A stretch of DNA of 64,000 bases, taken from assembly GCA_002104905.1 (NCBI GenBank), contig MCFE01000440.1, forward strand, positions 10,275-74,274, read 5' to 3'. The notes beneath the pieces were generated by a model that saw nothing but the letters and a program-made list of their open reading frames with translations, was not told the DNA's origin and did not search any database. Shown one piece after another: positions 23,683-35,715 of the stretch. Every line of letters begins with the position of its first letter. The stretch's first letter is position 1. Origin of the DNA: Basidiobolus meristosporus CBS 931.73 (lineage: Eukaryota > Fungi > Basidiobolomycota). Both the position numbers and the translations under genes were made by a program.

Positions 23683-26492
23683 GGTTAGAGATGGATGGAG
23701 TTGTAGTGGATGCAGTTCACTGATGCTCTTCAGTCGATGCTCTGGAGGTCTTTTAAAGCATTTCTTGGCCCCCTCCCCAAAAATCCATTCCATCGATGAC
23801 CGCACAATCGCATCCGCACTGAATCCGAATGACACCATAATCTTTGGGGCAAAAAGGGATGCCATCGCTCATGGCCCACATCGCAAAGGCGCGCAGCGCT
23901 TCTTGTCCCATGGCTGATCCACCCGCCGAGGGATCCCACACCACTTGAGCAATCATTTACCAAATGTGGGTGGTTGGCTCCGAAATGGGATGCTGGATTA
24001 AGATGGTACGTAGTCTGGCTGCCGTATATGTCAGGGCTGGTGGGTAGCAAAGGATGTCCGGTAGGCTGGCTCTACACGTTTTCTGCGCTTCATCGATCTG
24101 ATCAGAGGGAAGGTTGACTTGTGCTACCACGGGAGCAAATCGGCATGGACTGCCGTCATGATCATTCCGGTATTGGATGGACTTGTTATCTATCGCACGA
24201 ATCTCATCATCGCTGACTGCGGTGGGTCCCCCCAATTGGTGCCACCTGGCCAATCATCCTTCGTTACACGCCAACGCTGATGGAAATGAGATCATTGAAT
24301 GCGACAGCCCATTCAGCATCGGTTGGTTTGCGGGGAACGCAGTCATCATCCGCACCACAGTTCCGTTCTGAGCTTCGGGATGGGAGGGCTCTCATGGTCA
24401 TGTATGCAGGAAACGGGTTGCAGCCAGATTCCCCGCAGGAGCGGATTCGGCGGTGTATCCAGGTCCAGCGAGCCACTCGATCTCCCAATCCTTGTGGCGG
24501 TTAGGCACCGGCGTCTCTACACTGTGTTCATCCCACCCACCTGATCCGCGATCACATCGCTAGCAGACTGGGATCCCTTGGAAATCAGCGGCTGTGGAGT
24601 GGCTATGCCTCGTATGTTGGATGCCACATATTTCGTGTACATCGTTGCGAGCGAGATAGGTGATTCGTGTGGCAAGACCCTATCCGGGCGTCGCCAGATG
24701 TAGGTTTGGGGCGATCCGGCGGATTTGGGCTGGCAGAGAGAAAATGGGGCCATTTTGGGACGCGGATAATCCAGCAACCAGTTACTGACCGCGGTCGAAA
24801 TAAACAATCGGGACTATTGGGGCTCCCCGATGGTTGCACAACCATCCATCCTGCGCCATGGTGGAGCAATTCTATCTGCAGCGGGCTTCGGGTAACTATG
24901 ACTACGTTCAGATCAATCTAAACCCCCTTGGGGGAAGTGGCGTGCTCATCGCCTTGCTCTGTTGTGGTGCCGGCGACCGAAGGGGTCAGCTTGCGGAACC
25001 AGCTTCTCGCTAACCATTCCTTGCCGCTCGCTGACTGGGCGATGGGCCTTTGGTGGATGGATTTGCTACCGGAGGCTACCAATCATTCCATGTGACAGGG
25101 TACCTCCGCCAAAGTAGGCCATGGTGGGAAACAGTCATGGAGACCTCTTGCCCACATCGAGGTCGGTTTCCATGTGGATCGATTGCTTGGCCAGCATGTG
25201 CCGATACCAGCCAGCCATCGCCGCAATACTCGGGGTATGCAGGGGAGAACAAACGTTGGCCTCCGATCCGGTTAGAGCAAGCGAACCCTGGCCCAATGGG
25301 TGACGTGGGAAAGGCATCTGGCGAGGCTCTTGGTGGGATTCTCCATCAGGCTGGCGAGGAGTTGGTGATTCCATCTGGTGATTTGCTGTGCCTGCCACAT
25401 CTCCATTGGCTTGGAGGGGAATGAGGTGCGTTGATTTGAGCACCTGCGGTTCGTCTGAGTGCTAGGGAAATTAGTGTTTGAGGGGGCTGATAGTAAACCA
25501 GGCTTTGGGTCAGCCACTAATCAGCAGTGAACTGCGAAGCTGGCCACTCCATGCCATCCAATTGGCCAACCTAGCGTGAGCGTTATCTCTTGGATTGATC
25601 ACCTTGTATGGAGCCTGATTTCCTAGGGCGTGAGTTGTAAGGAATGTGGGTACGTCGCAGGGGCGTGATTTCTACTCTTGCTACCACATAAGCCCCCACC
25701 TCCATAAACCTGGCCCAGGAGTGATGGCTCAATACTGAGCGAAAATCTTGGCTCGTTGCATATCCAACAAGTCCCAATGTTGAGGGGGAAAATTTTGTTC
25801 GACAAATCCAGTAATATTGCCTATATGTGGACATATGCATACAAAAGATCTTCATGGACGCTACGATGCGTGCTCACAGCTTACGTGTTTTCAGTTCAGC
25901 CTCTCACTGTTGTACTGGTAATGTGCTGATTCCCAGTATCAAGGTGACGTTTGCTCAGGTCACGCAACCATCCTTCATTCATACACTGTATCATACTCTT
26001 TGCAAGCTTGATTGTCCATTTCACATATCAGGAAGCCACCGCCAGCCACATCTACCATTCATTGCACTACAGACCGTATTTGGGCACAGTCTGGTTGGAA
26101 CACCATCAGGCGTGCTGAGCTGGCTAGGACATAACTGAAGGATTGATCTGCTTTCCAGTCTGCACTTCATGATATTGGCCCAACTTGTGTATTTAGCAAT
26201 GCACATCAACATTTTATCAAATCCAAGTCCCCCTGACATGCACTGTATTCTACACAACTCCTGACTTTTAATTCCTGAGGGGAATGCACAGAAGGTTGTG
26301 GGCAATGACTACAGTATTTGTGATCACCTTACATGTTGCCTGAGTCCTTAATGTAGCTGAATTCCAAATAAATTGCAGGCTGAGTGAGAGTTGCAGTCCC
26401 AGTTCTGTGACACTATATCAGAGTAGCACCATGAGCACTTGGATCTCATATATATATCTGTTAAGTGATGTTTAAACTTTCAACATGTTCAG

Positions 26493-27150
26493 TGTTGTGC
26501 AGCAACCTTTAAAACTTAGCCAATTTTACCCTAGCCCTAAAATCTACTATCCTCACTTATTTTCCCTAAACCAAACATAACTAAACCCAGTTATGGTTTA
26601 TTTTATCTCAGCTCAGAGTTTATCTTTAGCTGTCACACCTGATCAATTCTCATGTGGCCATTACATTATCAACTTATCTGCCAAGCCTTCCCAGGTGATT
26701 AGTTATCTAAGATCAATCCAACAACTTAGCAATTGCAAGACAGCAGCTGATAAAGATGCAATTTTATTTCTCTTATGCACCTATCAAAACCCCAACAGAT
26801 TTCAATTAGTCCAGTCTCTTGGTGCTTACTTACTTGACCTGATCAAAAAAGTATAAATAATGCTTACTGAACCTTCTAGTCTAGTGTGCATCTCAACAAA
26901 AATAAGATTCAGCAAAATTGAGAACACAACAATTACATTCTAGTTTCTACCAAAGCCTAGCCTGCATAGCAAACCAGCTCTGTTGCCTTTATAGCCAAAC
27001 CCAGCAATATACAAGACCAATATTAGACCAGAGCCTCTCTGCTAATATTTCTGCCACTCACTGACAGTTCTAAAATTCTGCCCTCAGTTGTCACTTGGGC
27101 TCAGTTAAACTAGTCAGGAGTTGTATCACACTTTTCTCTTGGATACAACA
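26493..27150 (+). repeat. Solo LTR of the G1 gypsy family (~658 bp)
   Basis: TG...ACAACA ends, colinear with 10168-10865 (agctgtcacac, cctagcctgcatagcaaacc blocks). No TSD found. Confidence 0.8.
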
Positions 27151-28569
27151 GCTGCTAATGCCTGCTGGTAGCAGTATTGACTCTGGGTCATATATATTGC
27201 CAGCTGCATGTTAATTGTCCATATGTACCATTCACATGGTTAGTTGGGTCCCAGAATAAATTTGTCAAGAAGTAGAAGCAAATCCTCAAAGATCCCATTA
27301 CTGATAATGATGGAAACACACCATTTCTCTTCATCAGTCATAACATCACATCATTCACTAGCATATGCATTACAGTGCTCACTTGGCTTTATAAGGAATC
27401 CTTTGCATTTTTTTGACAGGAGTTGTCTGATTACATATTGACAGCTTACTGTACTCATTCAGGTCACTGTTTTGAGGGGGGATAGGCTCACCATCCATCA
27501 GTGAGCCTTGTTCTTTGGAGCTATCACTCTGCAGGCTGTATTCTGAATGCTGAGGTGAGCCAAAAGGCATTGCAAGCCCACCTGACTCAGTGTACCCATG
27601 GTGATAAGTGTGGCTGGGTGCCCTTATAGAAGTATTAAGTGACTGGCAAGTTATTGTTGGTAGAGTAGTGCCAAATAGATGCTTAAATATGAGTTGTGTT
27701 GCCAAGCACTGGCTGTGGTCAGTGTAATACTTCCTATGCTGCATGCAGGCTTCATGGCTGAGTGGCTTAATACAAAAGCCACCAGGGCATTTTTCTCTTC
27801 CCTTAAAGCATTACATCTCAGAAGTCTTGTCCATGGGGCAAACAGCATGATGCTCAGCAACATAATGCTATTGTATAATTATTTGCTAATACTCATGTGA
27901 ACTCAAGACAGTCTTGTGTATAAGATACTCCACCTACATATATGTATAATTCAATAATGACCCATCATTGTAAGCATTATAAGTAAAGTTGTGGCACCAC
28001 ATGCACAGGTATATGCAATACTACTTCCCCATTGGTTTCAGCCACTTCCATATATATATACTGCCAAAAAACATAGCAAAGTTGTATGTTTACAAACAAA
28101 ACATACTTCTGACAACTGCAGAAGAACAGTTGGATAGCAGCTTGCTTAGACATTCTATGCAACAAGAAGGGCTATATCCAAACAAGGCCATGTCAATGGT
28201 ATGCTCACTGGAGATATTAATGCAGACTCCCCAGACTCATAGTCAAGTAGGTGATTGAGAATCATAGGATGGCTCAGGCAGATGAGAATGCAGTAAAATC
28301 AGTACCTCCAATGGAAGCCTAGCAAATAGCCATCATAGAGCACCACAATCAGTATGAGCAAGTATGTTGTTAGCTTGTACCAAAGCATTGATGAGATAAA
28401 TAGCCGCAATGACTAATAGGAAAGATGCAATGGCCCAGAGAAATTTGGCAGCTGCTCAGAGTCAGGATGCAGGATAATACATACAGAGCAATCAATATCC
28501 CAGGTTGCAAATGCAGTATCATTGTTGCAAAGAAGAAAACCAAGTACCTCAGTGGTACAACCTAGAATT

Positions 28570-31500
28570 TGTTGTAAAAATTTGTATTTCCACCTAAATA
28601 TTAACCTAACTTAGTCACTTAGATCATCACCTTCAAATCCTAGAGAATACTGACCAAATTCCTTGTTGGGATTTACTTAGAATATTTTCACCAAAATACC
28701 AGGTACCCAGAACATGAAAATTCTCAAAGTTGTCCAAACAGCCCCACACTTTGCACACATGTTCTTGGGACCTTCCTTAACCTATTCTACGTGTTTGTAA
28801 TGCCAAGACCAGGTAAAAGTATAAATACCACTTTTACATTCAATTAATCATTAAGTGAAAACCTCATAATCTACTTGTTCTCCCAATCACTTCCAATATC
28901 TCCAAGACTCTTACAACAGGTTAGGAGCCCCAAGCTGTCACTCTCTGCAATATCTACTACTGCTATTACTGGAATTTTTCCCTCTGCTGAAAAGTTGGAT
29001 GGCTCTAACTACCAAGTGTGGAAGGTGAAGATGAAGATGCTGCTACAAGAATGAGGCCTTTGGGATATTGTCATGGGAGAAGAATGCCCTCCTAAAAACG
29101 TGGGAGAGGAAGCCTTAAAGTACCAGAAGAAAGAACAAAGTGCCTTTAACTGCATTTGCCTTAATGTCAAGGACACATTGCTAATTAAATGCTCAAGAGC
29201 AAAAACGGCAAAGAATGCCTGGAAGGCATTAGAAGACACCTACCAGTCATGTTCAGCTGCCAAGAAAATGTATCTGAGACGAAAATTCTTTACTACAAAG
29301 ATGCTGCCAGGAGAAGCAATGAAAAATCTAATCAACAGAATTACCATGCTGGTAGATGGGATGGAATCTGTGGGCGTACCAACTACTGATGAGGATGTGA
29401 TAGTTACCATCCTGAATAGCCTGAAAGACAAGTTTCAGGGCCTTGTATCAGCCCTAGAGTCCAGAACTGAAGATTTGACCTTAAATTACGTATATGGAAG
29501 GCTCCAGGATGAAGAATTAAGAAAATCAAGCGCCAATAAGAAGGAAGAAGAAAATGCTTTAATAAGCAATGATAACCAACAAAGGAGGTACCCAAGACCC
29601 TACAAAGGCAACAGCAATCTATTTTGCAACTACTGCAAAAGGAAAGGACACACATCAGACCGGTGTCTCAAAAAGAGAGATTATCAGCAAAAGAAGCGTG
29701 AATATGGAAATGCTGCAACAACTGAAGATAGACTATTCATATCTGCACTAAATATGACCACAAACAAGGATTCTCAGACGTGGTATATTGACTCTGGAGC
29801 TTCTCAACACTTTACACACCAAAAAGAACTTTTTACCCAATATCAAGAAATTCCAATTAAGAAGGTTTTCATGGGTGACAATAGAACACTTGATGCAGTG
29901 GGAGAAGGAACTATCCAAGTAAACCTTAGAAGCAATGAAGGAAGCCATACACTGACCTTTAAAGAAGTACTCTATGTACCAGAAATAGCCAAGAACCTAC
30001 TCTTTGTAAGCAAGGCCACAGCAGAAGGACTCAGTTTCAGTTTTGACAATTCTGGATGCAGGATCACTGATCAAAATGGTGCCCATATTGCTTTGGGCAT
30101 CAGAGATCAGAATCTTTACAAGTTGACTTATATTCCATCATATCTGGAAGCCAATATAAGTAACTTAAATGAAGAAACACCAATGCTTTGGCACAGGAGA
30201 TTTAGACACATCAATTTTGATTATTTGCGTAAAATGATCAAAGATCAGCTAATTTCTGGAGTGAAAATTGATCCCCCAGCTAATTTGGAGCACTGTGAAG
30301 CCTGCATATATGGGAAACAAGCCAGACAACCGTTCAAGAGCTCTGGGTTAATCAAAACTAAGAAAAAATTAGATCTAATTCACTCAGATCTGTGTGGACC
30401 TATGCAAAATTTATCCTTAGGCGGGATGAAGTATTTAATCACTTTTATTGATGATTATACAAGATACACATGGGTCTACTTCATGAAGAAAAAGGAAGAA
30501 GCTCTGTCTAAGTTCAGGGAGTTTAAAGCCATGGTGGAGAGAGAAACTGGTGAAAAAATCAAGAAAATACGCTCTGACAATGGTGGAGAATATACCTCAA
30601 AACTCTTCATCCACTTCTGCAAAATTCATGGGATAAAGCAAGAGACTACTGTACCATACTCCCCACAGCAAAATGGAGTAGCAGAACAAGCTAACAGATC
30701 AATAATTGATATGGCAAGATCTATGATCCATGATCAAAAATTATCCTATGATTGTTGGGCGGAATCAGTTGCCACTGCTGTATACCTTAAAAATAGGAGT
30801 TATAACAGAATAATTTGTGATTCTACTCCATTTGAAGCATGGTATGGATACAGACCAAGTGCAGAACATCTAAGAATATTTGGGTGTACAGCATATGCCA
30901 AAAAACTGGCCGGAAATCAGTCAAAATTTGAGCCAAAAAGTGTAAAATGCATTTTTTTGGGCTACTGCAATGAGAGTAAGGCATACAGACTCTACAATAC
31001 CGAAGCAAAGAAGCTGATCAAGTCCAGGGATGTGTTGTTTGATGAAAATTCAAAATTTTCACAAAAAAATGACATCAGATGATGACAAAAATTTGATCTC
31101 AAGTCCACCAATTGTCAGGATTGAATCAGAGCAAAACAATGAGAATTTTTTCACTCCAGAGGACTCTACAACCGTGGTTCAGCCAGAATCAGTGCCCAGG
31201 AATATCCCAGAAGTGAGCATTTCAGTATCAAATGCCCGGAGATCAAATCAGACAAGAAATAGCCCAAATTACTATATTAATGAGGGTACAAACTTAGCCT
31301 ATGCCTATTCAGTCCATATTGATGAGCCCCAGACTGTAAAAGAGGCCCTAAATAGCCCTCAGACAAAGTTTTGGAGATCTGCAATGACTGAGGAATATCA
31401 GGCCCTGATGGAAAATCAAACTTGGGACTTAGTCAAATTACCAATCAACCAAAAATCAATTGGATGCAGATGGGTCTTCAAGACAAAATACAAGGCTGAT

Positions 31501-33253
31501 GGTACAATTGAAAGATACAAAGCAAGACTTGTAGCCAAAGGATACTCTCAAACAAAAGGACTTGACTATACTGAGACCTTTGCACCGGTAGCCAAGTTTA
31601 ATTCCATCAGATTAATTTTGGCTATTGCAGCAAAATATAAGTTTTTTATTCATCAAATGTATGTAAAAACTGCATTTTTGAATGGAGAACTTGATGAGGA
31701 TGTGTATATGGACCAGCCTGGTGAGTTTGTTGACCAAAATAACCCCCATTTGGTCTGCAAGCTTAAAAAGTCACTATATGGTCTCAAACAATCACCAAGA
31801 GCCTGGAATTGCAAGATAGATTCTTATTTGGAATCTTTGAGTTTCAAAAGAAGTAATGCTGACTATAGTGTATACTATAAGCCAGATAGAGCAAATCCAG
31901 TTCTATTAGCTCTATATGTGGATGATCTTATTATAGCCGCCAATAACCTAGAAACATTGGAAGAGACTAAATCCAGCCTATCTAAGGAGTTCAAGATGTC
32001 CAATCTAGGAGAACTTAGTTACTACTTAGGGATTAAGTTCTCCATAGACAGAAGTACCCAGACTATTACCCTAAGCCAATCCAAGTATATTCAAGATATA
32101 CTAAAGAAGTACAAAATGGAAGACCGTAAACCGGCAGCCACCCCAATGGAGACAAACCTTAACTTGGTCAAAACTCAACCAAATCAAGAGAGCTTGGTGC
32201 CATCTGAAAGCCCTGACTTTCCTTATCAATCTATGGTCAGCAGTCTGATGTATATCATGCTTGGAACATGTCCAGATATCTCATAGTCAGTGGGAGTTGT
32301 CAGCCAACATAATCAGAATTATGGATCTGATCATATTGCAGCAGTTAAGCGGATTTTTAGATACCTAAAAGGAACTGCTGATATCTGCTTAAGATACACT
32401 TATAAGAACTCAGAACAGGATCTTGCGGGATACTCTGATGCTGATTGGGGACAAAATTTGGAAGACAGAAGATCCACCACAGGACACACCTTTCTTTACT
32501 GTAAAGGAGCAATTTCATGGAATTCAAGAAAGCAACCAACCATAGCACTTTCTACTACAGAGGCAGAGTATATGGCAGCCTGTGAAGCTACAAAAGAAGC
32601 AATGTGGTTAAGAAAGCTCTTTGCAGATTTAGGCCTATGTCAAAAAACGCCTATTACTTTATTTCAAGATAATCAAGGATGTTTACAATTAGGTAGAAAT
32701 CCAATTTTTCATGCTAGAACCAAGCACATAGATATTAGACATCATTTCATACGTGAAGCTATAGATAATAACTTAGTTAGCTTAGTTTACTGTTCTACAG
32801 ATGAAATGATTGCAGACATATTTACCAAACCATTAGCTAGAGACAAGTTTGAATATCTTAGGTCAAAATTAGGACTAGTCAGTGTGAACATTTAGCTGAG
32901 TGGGAGTGTTGTAAAAATTTGTATTTCCACCTAAATATTCACCTAACTTAGTCACTTAGATCATCACCTTCAAATCCTAGAGAATACTGACCAAATTCCT
33001 TGTTGGGATTTACTTAGAATATTTTCACCAAAATACCAGGTACCCAGAACATGAAAATTCTAAAAGTTGTCCAAACAGCCCCACACTTTGCACACATGTT
33101 CTTGGGACCTTCCTTAACCTATTCTATCTGTTTGTAATGCCAAGACCAGGTAAAAGTATAAATACCACTTTTACATTCAATAAATCATTAAGTGAAAACC
33201 ACATAATCTACTTGTTCTCCCAATCACTTCCAATATCCAAGACTCTTACAACA
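28570..33253 (+). mobile_element. Full-length Ty1/copia element A1 (LTRs 28570-28918 and 32907-33253), TSD GAATT
   Basis: TG...CA LTRs differ by about 6 substitutions and one 2-bp indel. GAATT at 28565-28569 and 33254-33258, PBS GGTTAGGAGCCC, PPT GAGTGGGAG. Confidence 0.97.
28950..32895 (+). pseudogene. A1 gag-pol (gag, PR, GAG-pre-integrase, IN, RT, RNase H), inactivated
   Basis: Versus A2: start ATG>ATA (28950), AGA>TGA early in gag, one extra A in the A-run near 31063-31069, TAT>TAG at 32284-32286. Confidence 0.95.
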
Positions 33254-34279
33254 GAATTGAGCTGCTTCCCAATATGAAAGCAGAGGAGCATTGTAAAGTC
33301 TTTGAGGCAAAACTACAGTGCCCAAAGATAAAGCACACATAAAACCCACCACAGCATTGGAGGCAGACACTGTGATCTTCAAACTAATGCGTAACAATCA
33401 GAAGATATTGTAGGTATGTGAAGCTATTGAGCACAATAATGAAGAGTGGGCTAGTATAGTAGTAGCTGTAGGAAGTCTAGTACATTATTACCTTACAGCC
33501 AGCATACTATGGGACCATCAGGAACCAAAGGTCAAGCAGAATGTGGTTGATTGATGCCATGAGCATTATTTTGTATTCAAACATGCAACAAAACTTTGGG
33601 CCAGCCTTAGTATGCTTCAGACGTATTTCAAGAATAGCAGAAACTATGAGAGGCAGAAGTACAAAAGTACCACAATGAGAAACCAGCAATTTCCTAAAAG
33701 CCTATTTCAAGCAGGGTTAAAAGCTCTAAATAAGTGGCAAAGAAGGATCAGGTAACCAGATCAGCACTAGTAAGGGCAAGCAGGCAGAATTGTTTACATT
33801 AGTGTAGTATTTGTCAAGGAAAAAGTGCAGTTGCATTCAAAAAGTGCCAGGGAAAGTAACAGTGAAGGACCTAGCAGTGATAAAGACCTGTGGCTTCCTT
33901 AAGAGCCTGTCATAAGCAGGACTGAAAGCTAAAACAAGTGAGAAAGATATGTCAGGTTGCTAGCATAGTGCTGGCAAGAGATAAGCTGGCAGAAATAAAT
34001 TCACCAGTACAGCACTTATCAAGGAGAAAAAGTAGTTCAATATAAGAAGCACTCAAACAAAGTAGTAGTGAAAGCCTAGGCAGTTATTTAAGGGAAAGGT
34101 AAATGATAGAAGTCTACCCTAGTCACAGATAGAGATTTACGAGAACAGAGCCGCTATTCTAACAAAATAATGCCATAAGCCTGAAACAGTCTGAATTCTA
34201 TATCAGCCTTGAGGAATTACTAAGTAGATAACAGCTATTTTCTTGAGGGTTGGAAGTACAATCAGCTGAGTTACACTTC

Positions 34280-35715
34280 AGTGAGTATATGAGATTGCAG
34301 AGAAAGGCAACACATCTACCACCATCTCCACATACTCCATTATAGTCAGAATGGAGATCTTACTGATTGACAAAGAAACAATATCTTGGACTCCAAATAC
34401 TTTCACAATGCCTACAGTGGAACCATATGAAAAATAATTTTGTACCACAGGTAGATCCAATTGGGAGCAGCCATCAAGATCCCAACAGGAGACTGCTATA
34501 ATACCAGCAGCTTGGAATTAATGACCATCTACACAATTTTATTACAGGATCACAACAGCACTTGGCTGATTTACAGCCAATTAAATTAAGAAACATAATG
34601 GTGTTTGTACAGTGTTTTGCCAAGAGTGGCATGGCATTATCATGGTCTTAATGAGCTCTACAACTATTTGAGTGGATCTAACTGGCTAGTACATCCAATT
34701 GCCTAATATTGCAGAAACTTAACAGTGTCTTGACAGCCTCATTGCAGGACTCTGGTGGTATTATTATGGCAGTATGTCTGCCTACAGCTAGTTCTGTATA
34801 ACACTGCTGTACCAATTTTTGGTTGCATATACATCTTGCAAACATATGCTTGGTTGCCACCACTTCTGCCACAGACTCCTTCTGAATATCTGTAAAGAGC
34901 TTTTTGGTATTTAGTCAATATATTCCTTCTCCCTGCTAGATTCTGGTCACCCTTATAGGTGCATTCTGGCTCATGTCTGTGCAAATTTTGTACTCAATGG
35001 TGTAGAATTTGGCCGGTGACCAAGAAAGATCCAGCATACTTTGGTAGAGTTTTGCAAAAATAATTATGTGCTTCTTGCACCCAACCCAACTTTAGATTAC
35101 TTAACTGATTACCCATGCATTGGGGCTGCTTAGCTTCTAAATGCCATAGGCATAGGTGTCTCCATGTACACATCTGTCCTCAGTATATCCCAACTCTTCC
35201 TGGCTGCCCTCCATGGGCAACTCATCACATCCATGACAGGCTTAAAGGTAATGTTCTTGATGAGATTGTGATATGGTAGTACCTGCAACTTGATTTGTCT
35301 TCCTATATCCCCACACATCTGCTCCATAAGAAATTCCCTGGAGGTGAAGCCAGGTCCAATATTCCCAGCATACCAAGCAAGATGGAGCAGCAAATGAATA
35401 TAGCAGCAGCAGTGATCTATGCACTTGGCTTTGTGTCAATAGTATAGCAGCTCAAATCCTATCACAAACTCTTTACCTAAAAGCTGTAGATGTGTCAAGT
35501 TGGCATTGGTGATCCACTTCTGGATAAATATTCCAACAATGTCCACATATGACTCCCAATGCTTTCAGTATACTCTTGGTAGTAGTGGCTTCAGGAGGCC
35601 ACTTGAATCAATATATATCCAGTTCATCCAGTCCTTGCACTTGTATTGTTGCATATGCATATGAATGTTGACTAGGGCTGGTGAAAAGTACTCAGGGTAG
35701 CAGATACTCTGTGAT
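34280..35715 (-). pseudogene. CACTA/EnSpm (Tnp2-type) transposase C-terminal relic
   Basis: YKCKDWMNWIY...LLKPLLPRVY*KHWESYV...EFVIGFELLYY*...IHLLLHLAWYAGNIGP...EFLMEQMCGDIGRQIK...PYHNL matches the fungal CACTA pattern YKAxEW...LP..Y..HW...FE.LYY...H.L.HL......GP.....ME...G......PY.NL. Confidence 0.85.

Larger units (their letters stand above)
27200..34290 (+). mobile_element. Family C copy C2, split by copia A1
   Basis: Sequences flanking A1 rejoin as caacctaGAATTgagctg, matching cagctaagaattgagctg at ~37.0 kb. Boundaries approximate. Confidence 0.7.

Noticed and set aside
23683-23865. N-terminal 61 aa of ORF 23473-23865
   Set aside because: A presequence-like segment starts at the internal ATG 23682, and the upstream part lacks the codon bias. 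Treated as 5' UTR or promoter.
25870-26490. ORFs 25827-26138 and 26021-26305 as genes
   Set aside because: CpG-depleted, many stops in all frames and no motif. Probably an unidentified repeat relic.
31030-31082. A1 IN/RT frame break as a programmed frameshift
   Set aside because: A2 has 6 A and is in frame, A1 has 7. This is a homopolymer indel in a copy that already has other lesions.
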